Shown here: positions 19,025 to 28,048 of the stretch, piece by piece | Layout: every line of letters starts with the position of its first letter | How positions within the stretch are numbered: position 1 is the stretch's first letter | Notes under the pieces: generated by a model | Databases searched by the model: none | Seen by the model: only the letters and a program-made list of their open reading frames with translations | What the model was told of the DNA's origin: nothing | Program-made: the position numbers and the translations under genes | NCBI GenBank assembly: GCA_029210695.1 | Contig: JARGFH010000017.1 | Coordinates: 1-63,231, forward strand | Direction: 5' to 3' | DNA length: 63,231 nt | Origin: Acidimicrobiia bacterium | Lineage (GTDB): Bacteria; Actinomycetota; Acidimicrobiia; Spongiisociales; JAHEDJ01

Positions 19025-21691
19025 ATGTCAGATCCGTTCAATGCCCGCTCGACGCTGTCGACGGCGCTCGGCGACCGGACCATCTACCGCCTCGACGCGC
19101 TGAAGTCGATCGGCGACGTCGACGCCCTGCCCTATGCCATCAAGGTCCTCCTCGAAGCCGCGCTGCGGAATTTCGACGGCCACATCGTGACGGATGAGGA
19201 CATCCGCGCAATAGCGTCATACGACGCCACCAAAGTCGGTGAGACCGAGATTGCGTTCTCGCCGGGCCGCGTCGTCCTCCAGGACTTCACCGGTGTTCCG
19301 GCCGTCGTCGACCTTGCCGCCATGCGCTCGGCGGTCGTCAAGATGACGGGTGACGAGTCTGCCGCCCAGAAGGTGAATCCACTCGTGCCGTGCGATCTCG
19401 TGATCGACCACTCCGTGCAAGTCGACGCCTTCAACTCCGGCATGGCGCTCCAGATCAACGCCGACAAAGAGTTCGGACGCAACCGCGAGCGCTACGAGTT
19501 TCTGAAGTGGGGCCAGTCGGCCTTCGACAACTTCCGGGTCGTTCCGCCGGCCACCGGCATCGTCCATCAGGTCAACCTCGAGTACCTCGCCAAGGTCGTC
19601 TGGGACAACGGTGCCGACCTCTATCCGGACAGCCTCGTCGGAACAGACAGCCACACAACAATGATCAACGGCCTCGGCGTTGTCGGCTGGGGAGTGGGCG
19701 GCATCGAGGCAGAAGCGGTCATGGTCGGACAACCGATCTACATGCTGTTGCCTGAAGTGGTCGGATTCAAACTCACCGGCAAACTCGCTGAGGGGGCCAC
19801 CGCTACCGACCTGGTGCTCAAGGTCACACAGATGCTGCGCGGCCACGGCGTCGTCGGCAAGTTCGTCGAGTTCTACGGACCGGGCCTCGCAGGTATGCCT
19901 CTCGCCAACCGGGCGACCATCGCCAACATGGCTCCGGAGTACGGAGCGACCATGGGGTTCTTCCCCGTCGACGAGCAGACCATTCGATACCTGCGGTTGA
20001 CCGGTCGGGACGAAGCTCTCGTCGCCACGGTTGAGCAGTACTACCGCGAGCAGGGGCTGTGGCGTGAGGACGATCGGGAGATCGTCTACTCCTCCCACCT
20101 CGAGCTCGACATGGGGACGATAGAACCGGCGCTGGCCGGCCCGAAGCGTCCGCAGGATCGCATCGTTCTTTCAAACATGAAGGCTCAGTGGCATACCGAT
20201 CTCGACGCCACGTTCGGCAAGGCAGGTGACGCCGCAGCGGTGGATGTCGAATCCGAGCAGCAGAGATTCGAGATGCACCACGGCGATGTGGTTGTGGCGG
20301 CGATCACGTCGTGCACCAACACATCGAATCCGGATGTGATGGTCGGCGCGGGATTGGTCGCCAGGAAGGCCAGGGCGAAGGGCCTGACACGCAAGCCGTG
20401 GGTCAAGACCTCACTGGCGCCCGGATCGACGGTCGTGACGGAGTACCTGACGCAGTCGGGCCTGCTGGAGGACCTCGAAGCAACCGGTTTCTACACGGTG
20501 GGGTATGGGTGCACAACGTGTATCGGCAACTCCGGACCTCTCCCCGAGGAGATCACGGCCGGCATCAACGAGGGCGATCTGGTGGCCGCCTCGGTGTTGT
20601 CGGGCAACCGCAACTTCGAGGGGCGCATAAACCCGGACGTACGGGCGAACTATCTCGCCTCACCACCGTTGGTCGTCGCCTACGCACTAGCCGGAACCGT
20701 CGACATCGATCTGACTACGGAACCCATCGGGCAGGATCATGCCGGCAGCGACGTGTACCTCCGCGATCTCTGGCCGTCGCAAGCTGAAGTCGACGAGATC
20801 GTGGCGGCCAACGTCACCGAGAAGCAATTCCGGACCCAGTATGCGGATGTGTTTCGCGGGCCGGAAGCCTGGCGGGCAATCGAAACCTCGGGTGGCGCCC
20901 TGTACTCATGGGATGCCGCGTCCACCTATGTGCAGGAGCCACCATTCTTCGACGACCTGACGACCGACACGGGCACGATCGTGCCAATTTCCGGAGCGAG
21001 GGTGTTGGCCAAACTCGGCGACTCGGTCACCACCGACCACATCAGTCCGGCCGGATCTATCGCCCCCGACTCACCTGCCGGCCGTTATCTGACGGCGAAC
21101 GGTGTGGCTCCGGCGATGTTCAATTCGTATGGCTCGCGGCGCGGCAACGACCAGGTGATGACCAGGGGCACGTTCGCCAATATCCGGGTTCGCAACCAGT
21201 TGGCGCCGGGAACAGAAGGTGGGTGGACAACCGACTTCACCGACGGTGAGGTCAAGAGCATCTACGACGCCAGCCTCAACTACAAGGCGGCCGGCACTCC
21301 GCTGGTGGTCCTCGGCGGCATCGACTACGGCATGGGATCATCGCGCGACTGGGCCGCCAAGGGGACCTTCCTCCTCGGCGTGAAGGCCGTGATCGCCCGG
21401 TCCTTCGAGCGGATCCACCGATCCAACCTGATCGGCATGGGTGTGCTTCCGCTCGAGTTCCCCGAAGGTACCGACGCCGACGCGCTGGGGCTCGACGGAA
21501 CGGAGACGTTCGACATAACCGTCGACGACTCGATCCAGCCGCGCCAGGGCGTGGTCGTAAAGGCGACCAAGGCCGACGGCACCGTGATCGAGTTCACCGC
21601 CACCTGCCGGATCGACACGCCGGTCGAGGTCGACTATTACCGCAACGGAGGCATCCTCCACACGGTCCTGAAACAGATGGCCTTGAGCTAG
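19025..21691 (+). CDS. acnA: Aconitate hydratase A
   Basis: [34 protein letters not shown] and TTDHISP motifs. Confidence 0.98.
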   Translation: MSDPFNARSTLSTALGDRTIYRLDALKSIGDVDALPYAIKVLLEAALRNFDGHIVTDEDIRAIASYDATKVGETEIAFSPGRVVLQDFTGVPAVVDLAAMRSAVVKMTGDESAAQKVNPLVPCDLVIDHSVQVDAFNSGMALQINADKEFGRNRERYEFLKWGQSAFDNFRVVPPATGIVHQVNLEYLAKVVWDNGADLYPDSLVGTDSHTTMINGLGVVGWGVGGIEAEAVMVGQPIYMLLPEVVGFKLTGKLAEGATATDLVLKVTQMLRGHGVVGKFVEFYGPGLAGMPLANRATIANMAPEYGATMGFFPVDEQTIRYLRLTGRDEALVATVEQYYREQGLWREDDREIVYSSHLELDMGTIEPALAGPKRPQDRIVLSNMKAQWHTDLDATFGKAGDAAAVDVESEQQRFEMHHGDVVVAAITSCTNTSNPDVMVGAGLVARKARAKGLTRKPWVKTSLAPGSTVVTEYLTQSGLLEDLEATGFYTVGYGCTTCIGNSGPLPEEITAGINEGDLVAASVLSGNRNFEGRINPDVRANYLASPPLVVAYALAGTVDIDLTTEPIGQDHAGSDVYLRDLWPSQAEVDEIVAANVTEKQFRTQYADVFRGPEAWRAIETSGGALYSWDAASTYVQEPPFFDDLTTDTGTIVPISGARVLAKLGDSVTTDHISPAGSIAPDSPAGRYLTANGVAPAMFNSYGSRRGNDQVMTRGTFANIRVRNQLAPGTEGGWTTDFTDGEVKSIYDASLNYKAAGTPLVVLGGIDYGMGSSRDWAAKGTFLLGVKAVIARSFERIHRSNLIGMGVLPLEFPEGTDADALGLDGTETFDITVDDSIQPRQGVVVKATKADGTVIEFTATCRIDTPVEVDYYRNGGILHTVLKQMALS

Positions 21692-21705
21692 TCCCCCAAA
21701 ACGCC

Positions 21706-21755
21706 GTTTTCGCGCGGGGTTTCCACCCTATGTGGGGTGAATCCCGCGCGAAAAC
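21706..21755. repeat. 50-bp palindrome, family 1 copy B
   Basis: Same 13-bp arms and 24-nt spacer; contains the stop codon of the DUF559 gene. Confidence 0.92.
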
Positions 21756-22690
21756 ACATCGGGATGGCCAAGTTCGAGCAGGAAGCTCCGAGTCTTGGCA
21801 ACGACTTCGTGGGGCCTCTGCCAGAGTTCATCGTCCCAAATCGTGAGCACCCTCAAACCCATGCTGGAGAGTGACTGGAATCGACGATCGTCTGACTCCC
21901 GATCGAGCTTCGAGGTGTGATAGCGGCGACTCAGAACCTCGACGACGCCGCCGACCTGCTCATAGAAGAGATCAACCCGGCCGATAATTCCGCCGTCCCC
22001 AAGCACAACCTGACGGCGCGGCACCGGCAATCCAGCTTCGCTCAGCAGGGCAAGGGTCCTCGCTTCATTACCGCTCTCGGGCGGCACGAAATCGCCGAGG
22101 CGTGCTGCAATCAGCTCCCGAATCAGCCTAATGCCGTTGCGGCCCCGCGCCGCCAGTCGATCGAGTAGCGCACTAAGAACCGGCCCGTTGAGAAGGCCCA
22201 TCGCCCAGGCGTTGTCGAGCGCCCGTTCGGTCTTTGCCGGATGTACCATTCCAGCCAGATGGAACATGGTCAGGGCCGGGGACGTCACCGGAATCTGTCT
22301 CAGCCAGACCACGTGGTCTAGCGGGAAGTCCTTCTGATAATGCACGACGGCGAGGCGGCCACGACGGTCGATGCCCTGTCTTGGAACCGTGACGTGGAAT
22401 GGCTCCGAAAGTCGAAATCCGGGGATATCCCAGTAGGCAGCAGCAGAAGTGTGAGAGAGCGCCGCTCCGGGTGGGCTATCAAGCACGGCGGCCATCGCTC
22501 TCTTTTCGCCCGAATCGGGCGTTCCAACGAGCTCGAGGACCTCTGGAGAAACGGACTTCCAATCACCACGCTGTATCCGGCGTTCAAGGCGCCGATAGCT
22601 CACACCAAGGTCATGAGCCTGCTGCCTGCCGACGAGGCCGTACTGGCGTTCGGCGAGAGCTCTGAGTTCGAGGTCGGAATGCATAGCCAC
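21728..22690 (-). CDS. AbiEi-type wHTH + DUF559 (Vsr-like) endonuclease-domain protein
   Basis: LAERQYGLV.R.Q N-terminus, ALSHTSAA..W, VTSP..T, ES..E, RVDL.Y..VVEV...YH and D..R...L...G.RVL.IW motifs. Confidence 0.85.
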   Translation of the reverse strand: MAMHSDLELRALAERQYGLVGRQQAHDLGVSYRRLERRIQRGDWKSVSPEVLELVGTPDSGEKRAMAAVLDSPPGAALSHTSAAAYWDIPGFRLSEPFHVTVPRQGIDRRGRLAVVHYQKDFPLDHVVWLRQIPVTSPALTMFHLAGMVHPAKTERALDNAWAMGLLNGPVLSALLDRLAARGRNGIRLIRELIAARLGDFVPPESGNEARTLALLSEAGLPVPRRQVVLGDGGIIGRVDLFYEQVGGVVEVLSRRYHTSKLDRESDDRRFQSLSSMGLRVLTIWDDELWQRPHEVVAKTRSFLLELGHPDVFSRGIHPT

Positions 22691-22737
22691 ACCCTGACCT
22701 ATCCGGACTCGAGAATCTAGAGGGTTGATCTCCCCCT

Positions 22738-22787
22738 GTTTTCGCGCGGGAATCCCACCGCATAAGGTGCTATTCCCGCGCGAAAAC
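22738..22787. repeat. 50-bp palindrome, family 1 copy C
   Basis: Same arms and spacer length; lies between divergent genes. Confidence 0.92.
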
Positions 22788-22811
22788 GGGGAGGGAGTAG
22801 TGTCCCTGGCT

Positions 22812-23387
22812 ATGGATCAACCCCTCGTTTGGATCGACCTGGAGATGACCGGACTCGATCCGGATAACGACGTCATCCTGGAGATCGCATGCATCGTCAC
22901 CGATGGGAACCTCTCGGAAATCGTCGAGGGTCCGAACCTCATCCTCAACGCCACCGCCGAACAGCTCGACGGTATGGTCGAAATCGTCACAGAGATGCAC
23001 ACGAAATCGGGCCTCGTCGAAGAGGTCCCGCACTCCACGATGACCGTCGCTCAAGCAGAGAGACTCGTACTCGAGTTCATCGCCAAGCACGTTCCCGGGC
23101 CCGGATTGGCTCCGCTGGCCGGAAATAGCGTGCACGCCGACCGCGCCTTCCTTCGTCGCTTCATGCCTGCCCTCAACGACTTCCTGCACTATCGCATCGT
23201 CGACGTCTCGACCATCAAGGAACTCGCCAGGCGCTGGTTCCCTCAGGCAATAGAGAACGCTCCGAAAAAACACGGCGACCATCGAGCGCTGGCCGACGTC
23301 CGGGAGTCCATCCAGGAACTCCGCTACTTCCGCGAGGCCGTGTTCCGGCCGCCGGCGACCAGGCCGGAAACCGAATTCCCTAGCTGA
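22812..23387 (+). CDS. orn: Oligoribonuclease
   Basis: LVWIDLEMTGL, LAGNSV..DR.FL, HYR.VDVST.KEL and HRAL.D motifs. Confidence 0.96.
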   Translation: MDQPLVWIDLEMTGLDPDNDVILEIACIVTDGNLSEIVEGPNLILNATAEQLDGMVEIVTEMHTKSGLVEEVPHSTMTVAQAERLVLEFIAKHVPGPGLAPLAGNSVHADRAFLRRFMPALNDFLHYRIVDVSTIKELARRWFPQAIENAPKKHGDHRALADVRESIQELRYFREAVFRPPATRPETEFPS

Positions 23388-23411
23388 ACCCCGCTACTAC
23401 CCTGCCGGGTT

Positions 23412-24035
23412 ATGAGCATCGAACCTGGTCCCCTGCCACGGCGTGGCGGCCTTCTCAGCATCGTCTTCCTCGTGGCGGTTGGTGCAGCCGTCATCATTGC
23501 TGCGGTTGTCAGCACACGCGATGACCCGGCGAGTGCCGCGGCCGCAGTGCAAGGCGCCGCAAAAGAAAACGCGGAGTCGGCGGAAGAGGTGTTTCATCCG
23601 CCGGGCGGTCCGCTGGCGGGGACACTGGCAGCCGACTTCGATGTCGAGCTCCTTTCGGGTGAGACCTTCGACCTCTCCGATCACCTGGCCAATGACGGCC
23701 GCCCTATCGTCCTGAACTTCTGGGCCTCCTGGTGCCCGCCATGCCGGGCCGAGATGCCCGACTTCGACAGGGTTGCGCTGGAACGCTCCGACATCCTGAT
23801 ACTCGGCGTCGCCGTCGAAGACGACCCTGGTGCTGCCACCGCCTTCGGCAACGAGATCGGTGTCTCCTATCCCCTCGGCATCGACGTCACCGGCGTCATT
23901 GCCGGCCACTTCCCATACCTCGGGCTACCGACCACCTGGTTCATCGATGGCGACGGCATCATCATCCGCCAATGGACCGGGATGCTCACCTACGAGGACC
24001 TGATCGCCAGGATCGACGCGGACTTCTCTTCGTAG
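23412..24035 (+). CDS. TlpA/ResA-family thiol-disulfide reductase
   Basis: TM anchor, LNFWASWCPPC..EMP and GLPTT motifs. Confidence 0.92.
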   Translation: MSIEPGPLPRRGGLLSIVFLVAVGAAVIIAAVVSTRDDPASAAAAVQGAAKENAESAEEVFHPPGGPLAGTLAADFDVELLSGETFDLSDHLANDGRPIVLNFWASWCPPCRAEMPDFDRVALERSDILILGVAVEDDPGAATAFGNEIGVSYPLGIDVTGVIAGHFPYLGLPTTWFIDGDGIIIRQWTGMLTYEDLIARIDADFSS

Positions 24036-24235
24036 CCGCCTGGCCATTACCTTCGACCAGGATCGATGGGAACTTTCCCGGGATGAAACTTCGTTAAACC
24101 GGTTGCCATCGCGAAGGGTCGGGGCCAGCACAGAATCCGCCTTCACAGATCCCGGCCCTTCGCAACTCGGGATCACTAACCGCACCCGGCGATCCCGCCA
24201 CAGACCGGCCCCAGTTGCAGTTCCCGGCTATCGGT

Positions 24236-24394
24236 CTAGGCAGGCGGTTCGCCGATCACTCCCCCACTGTCCAGCAGGTCGCCCGCCCACTCGAAGAGAA
24301 AAACGAGTGCAGTCAGCACGGCAACCACGATCACGACCGTGATCAGCACCTTGACGACGACCGGCCCCGGCAAGTTGGCGTACAGCCGTCGCAT
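24236..24394 (-). CDS. 52-aa single-TM protein coupled to the sortase gene
   Basis: MRRLYANLPGPVVVKVL...LFEW; TGATG overlap with the sortase stop. Confidence 0.7.
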   Translation of the reverse strand: MRRLYANLPGPVVVKVLITVVIVVAVLTALVFLFEWAGDLLDSGGVIGEPPA

Positions 24395-25122
24395 CAGGAC
24401 ATCGGTTCGAGGAACTCGTCGACCTGTGCCTGCGCGTAGGGGAGATTCGGGCCGTCGATGAGTTCCGCCTGAATCACGAGTCGCTCCCGGGCCGAAAAGC
24501 GCGGGTTGCAGGTCGTCAGGGTGATCCACGCCCCGCGTTTGGGGTTCGTTACCCACACATCGGTCGGGAGAACGATCAATACCTCCCGGATCGCGAATAC
24601 GTGATCGCCCAGGGCAGTCTCCACCACGATTTCGTCGCCGGGCTCGAGGAGATCGAGGTCGTAGAACGGGGCGCCATATGTGGTGCGGTGGCCACTGATC
24701 ACCGCGTTCCCCGGCTGACCGGGCAACGGCGTCCACGGCATGTGACCGGGACCGTCTTTGAGCGTCTCCCGGCCGACACCCTCCATCAGCACATGTTCGA
24801 GTTCGATCTTGGGAATGCTGATGATCCCGAATGCCTGTCCCTCCTCAGGCATCGGCTCTTCGAAGAGGACCGGTGCGGGCGGCACAACGAACGTGCCGTG
24901 AGTCGTAGCATCGTCGTCATCAAGAACGACTGCGGGCGGGAAATCACCTTCTTCGAGGAGTTGGTCTCGCACCGAGGTGAAGCGGGCGGCGACCTCATCT
25001 GCGGCGGCCTCCTGGGCGCGACTGGCGATCAGGTTTGTGCCGACGAGTTGGTAGGCGAGGAAGGCCAGGATCAGTCCACCGGCCCAGATCATCGTCCAAC
25101 CCAGAATTCGCAGCGTCTTCAT
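24394..25122 (-). CDS. Class E sortase
   Basis: TM anchor, GPGH, GN.VISGHRTTYGAPF and TLTTCNP.FSA.ER motifs. Confidence 0.93.
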   Translation of the reverse strand: MKTLRILGWTMIWAGGLILAFLAYQLVGTNLIASRAQEAAADEVAARFTSVRDQLLEEGDFPPAVVLDDDDATTHGTFVVPPAPVLFEEPMPEEGQAFGIISIPKIELEHVLMEGVGRETLKDGPGHMPWTPLPGQPGNAVISGHRTTYGAPFYDLDLLEPGDEIVVETALGDHVFAIREVLIVLPTDVWVTNPKRGAWITLTTCNPRFSARERLVIQAELIDGPNLPYAQAQVDEFLEPMS

Positions 25123-25201
25123 TGGTCCCCAGAGACGTCGTATCGCTACAACTCTACCGCCAACACCCAACTATCCGATCTCATCGTGGTTGCGCGACCA
25201 C

Positions 25202-25972
25202 TCAGCGTCCATGCCACTTCGGACTCCGCTTTTCCATGAAGGCGGCCACCCCTTCAGTGGCATCTTCGGTCATGGAGACCAGAGTCAACGCGCCTTGCAG
25301 GTGGTCGAGCGCGGCGTCAAAACCCATGTCCTCAGCAGCGTAGAAAGCGTCGCGTCCGAGTTCGAGTATCGCCGGGCTCTTCGAGGCAAGCTCCGTGACG
25401 GTCTCATCGACGACGTCATCGAGACTTCCGGTCGCTACCACCCGTGAAACCACCCCAAGTCGGAAGGCCTCCTCAGCAGTGATGAGCCGGCCGGTCATCA
25501 TCAGCTCCAGGGCGGCCTTACGCGGCATGGATCGTTGAAGAACCGCACTGATCATCATCGGCCAGAGTCCAACGTTGATTTCCGGCATTCCAAACTTCGC
25601 CCGATCAACGGCGATCACGATGTCACATGCGGCTGCCAGCCCGAAACCGCCCGCCAGAGCGTGCCCGTTCACCCGCGCCACCGTCGGCTTCCCTCCTCTT
25701 CTCATGAGGCGGAAGATCTCGGCCAGCACCCCGCGGGCATGATGGAGCGCAATCGGCTCGTCGACGAAACCGCCCGAGAGGTCCCCGCCCGCGGAGAACG
25801 CTCGATCACCTGCGCCGGTGATCACAATCACCTTCACGGCCCGGTCGGCGATGGCTTCCCTCAACCGGTCCAGTACCGCCTGCATCACCTCGACCGACAT
25901 CGGGTTCATTCGGGTCGGATCGTCGAGCATGAGTGTGGCCCGCGGCGCAACAACCTCGTATGTGAGCATCAT
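25202..25972 (-). CDS. Enoyl-CoA hydratase/isomerase
   Basis: FSAGGDL, GHALAGG, PEINVG and EG..AF.EKR.P.W motifs. Confidence 0.92.
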   Translation of the reverse strand: MMLTYEVVAPRATLMLDDPTRMNPMSVEVMQAVLDRLREAIADRAVKVIVITGAGDRAFSAGGDLSGGFVDEPIALHHARGVLAEIFRLMRRGGKPTVARVNGHALAGGFGLAAACDIVIAVDRAKFGMPEINVGLWPMMISAVLQRSMPRKAALELMMTGRLITAEEAFRLGVVSRVVATGSLDDVVDETVTELASKSPAILELGRDAFYAAEDMGFDAALDHLQGALTLVSMTEDATEGVAAFMEKRSPKWHGR

Positions 25973-26151
25973 GTCCTTCCGACCCGGTCAAACTAGTGGC
26001 CCGCCACACAATTGGTGGGAACGAATTTCCGCGACAGTCGGTTGCCGTTGCGTCGAAGTGGAGTACGCCACCAACTGCGCCGAGGGCCGGGGGGAAGGCA
26101 ATCGAAGCCATGATGCGCTGAGTAGGTCTCTGTGAGTGGTACGGTTCGCGC

Positions 26152-26742
26152 ATGGTCTGGTTGGCCCTCGTCCTATTCCTCGCGGCGACCATCGCGGTCA
26201 TTCGTGGTGGCAAACTGCGCAACCTGTCCGACATTCGATTGCGCTTGTGGTGGCTGCTGATACTGGGCTTCGGACTCCAGTCGATCACAGGTTTCTTCCC
26301 ACAAGACGCCACCTGGGCAAGGCCCACCGGCATCACGCTGATCCTGGTTTCATACGTCCCGTTGCTCATCATGGTGATCCTCAACAGGGATAGGCCCGGA
26401 ATGTGGTTGGCAGGACTCGGGATCCTCATGAACTTCTCAGTGATCGCGGCCAACGGCGGTATGCCGGTACTCGAAGGAGCCGCCATCGTGGCAGGCGGGT
26501 TTCCCGAGTCGGTGGACCTAACCAGCAACTACAAACACCTCGTCCTCGACGAAGGCACACGTCTGGCGTTCCTCGCCGACGTCATCCCATTGCGGTTCAT
26601 CGGCCAGGGTCAGGTCATCTCACTCGGTGATGTGTTGCTGGCCGTGGGCCTCGGCCGGTTCCTGGAGCACGAGCTGCGCCGCCCTGTGCGCTGGTTCAAA
26701 CACGGAGCGCAGGCGGAGGCCGGCTCGGCGCGTCGCGTCTAA
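26152..26742 (+). CDS. DUF5317-family membrane protein
   Basis: N..PG..L.GLG.L.N..VI.ANGGMPV, TRL.FLADVIP and VISLGDVL motifs; family recognised from memory. Confidence 0.8.
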   Translation: MVWLALVLFLAATIAVIRGGKLRNLSDIRLRLWWLLILGFGLQSITGFFPQDATWARPTGITLILVSYVPLLIMVILNRDRPGMWLAGLGILMNFSVIAANGGMPVLEGAAIVAGGFPESVDLTSNYKHLVLDEGTRLAFLADVIPLRFIGQGQVISLGDVLLAVGLGRFLEHELRRPVRWFKHGAQAEAGSARRV

Positions 26743-26755
26743 CACCCCCAACCTC

Positions 26756-26805
26756 GTTTTCGCGCGGGATTCGCTCCATATACGGTGGAATCGCCGCGCG
26801 AAAAC
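26756..26805. repeat. 50-bp palindrome, family 1 copy D
   Basis: Same arms with one mismatch, extended by a perfect 10-bp CCCCAACCTC/GAGGTTGGGG pair. Confidence 0.92.
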
Positions 26806-26815
26806 GAGGTTGGGG

Positions 26816-28048
26816 TTACAGGTTGGCGTCGGCGATTTCGCGGAGGGCTTCCACGACGTCGGGGTCGTAGTCATAAGCGGCACCCCGGTGCAATACCTCG
26901 AGCGCCTCGAGGTGGGAAAACCCGAGTTCCGTCGTCGCGTGGTCGTAGGCGCTGGTGGCCTTGATCACTTTGGACGCCATCGGTAACTCGAGGTCCTTGA
27001 ACTCGCCGGGGCGCCGGTAGGGATGATGCTGCTGGCGAACCAGGTGAGCGATGCGATCGAGGTAGGGCGACTCGGCGATGATCTCGGCGCCCCACCTGGC
27101 GATGTCCTCGTCGGTGAAACCCATCTTGATCACATTCGGCTCATTCAGCGTCACCCGACCGATGTCGTGCATCATTGCCGCGAACCTGATGTCCTCTACC
27201 TCGTCCGGCGAAAGGCCGAGTCGCTGCCCGACCTCCACCGCCATGGCCGACGTCCGATCGCCGTGACCGTCCGGTGACAAACCGGCGACCTCCGGGATCC
27301 GCGAGAGCGCACGGATCGTCTGCCAGTAGGTGGTCCTCGCATCCTGATACCGATGAAATGCCAGATGAGCGAACGCATACGGCACGGCTACCACGATCAC
27401 CGCAGCCCACAGGTCGATCCTGGCGTAGGCGAATCCGAACAAGGCTCCCGTCGCCAGCAGACTCAACGCCACCATCCAGTCCTTGACGGCCAGCAGCCAG
27501 AGGTAGCGGCGGCTGATGCGCCGCCGGCCGAACGTCACGAACGCCCACAAGAACATCTCGAGCATGAACCAGGTCGCCGATCCGAGCGTGAAGCCGATCA
27601 AGTCGGCGGCGTCCGAGTCGAGACCCCAGCCGCCCAGCGTCGGGGCCACATATCGGAGAACCGTCGCGTAGACGCCGGCGCCGACTGCCCTGCGCAATGC
27701 GATGGCCAAGGAAATCACCGCTTCTTCGCCACGCAGAACGGCGATCGCCCACGAAACAAGCGCTCCTCCCACGAAGACGGCGCCGCTGGCGACCAGATCG
27801 ATGGCGCCGCCAGGTGTCCGCATCACGAGCGGAACGGCCGCCGCCACTGCAAACCCAAGAGATAGCCGGTTGCCACTAGTCGCCGGAACCATGATTTGCG
27901 ACGCGCCGGCCAGTGCAGCGACGCCCACGAGGATCTCCGCCAGTTCACCGCGAACTTCAATCAGCAAGAGAGCGAAGAGGGCGGCGGCAGCCAACGCCCA
28001 CATCACGTCCATCAGCCGTGAACGCGGCGCCGGCTCAGTTCTGCCCAC
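26816..28048 (-). CDS. Membrane protein with degenerate HD-GYP domain
   Basis: Multi-TM N-terminus, GH..R and MHDIG present; no GYP loop and TSAYD instead of ADAFD. GTG start with GGAGG RBS. Confidence 0.85.
   Translation of the reverse strand: MGRTEPAPRSRLMDVMWALAAAALFALLLIEVRGELAEILVGVAALAGASQIMVPATSGNRLSLGFAVAAAVPLVMRTPGGAIDLVASGAVFVGGALVSWAIAVLRGEEAVISLAIALRRAVGAGVYATVLRYVAPTLGGWGLDSDAADLIGFTLGSATWFMLEMFLWAFVTFGRRRISRRYLWLLAVKDWMVALSLLATGALFGFAYARIDLWAAVIVVAVPYAFAHLAFHRYQDARTTYWQTIRALSRIPEVAGLSPDGHGDRTSAMAVEVGQRLGLSPDEVEDIRFAAMMHDIGRVTLNEPNVIKMGFTDEDIARWGAEIIAESPYLDRIAHLVRQQHHPYRRPGEFKDLELPMASKVIKATSAYDHATTELGFSHLEALEVLHRGAAYDYDPDVVEALREIADANL

Noticed and set aside
21728..22690. Complete type IV toxin-antitoxin (AbiE) system
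   Set aside because: No adjacent AbiEii nucleotidyltransferase.
15467..26815. 50-bp palindromes as ordinary intrinsic terminators
   Set aside because: They have a 24-nt conserved spacer and fixed length, and one copy lies between divergent genes. A secondary terminator role for the convergent copies remains possible.
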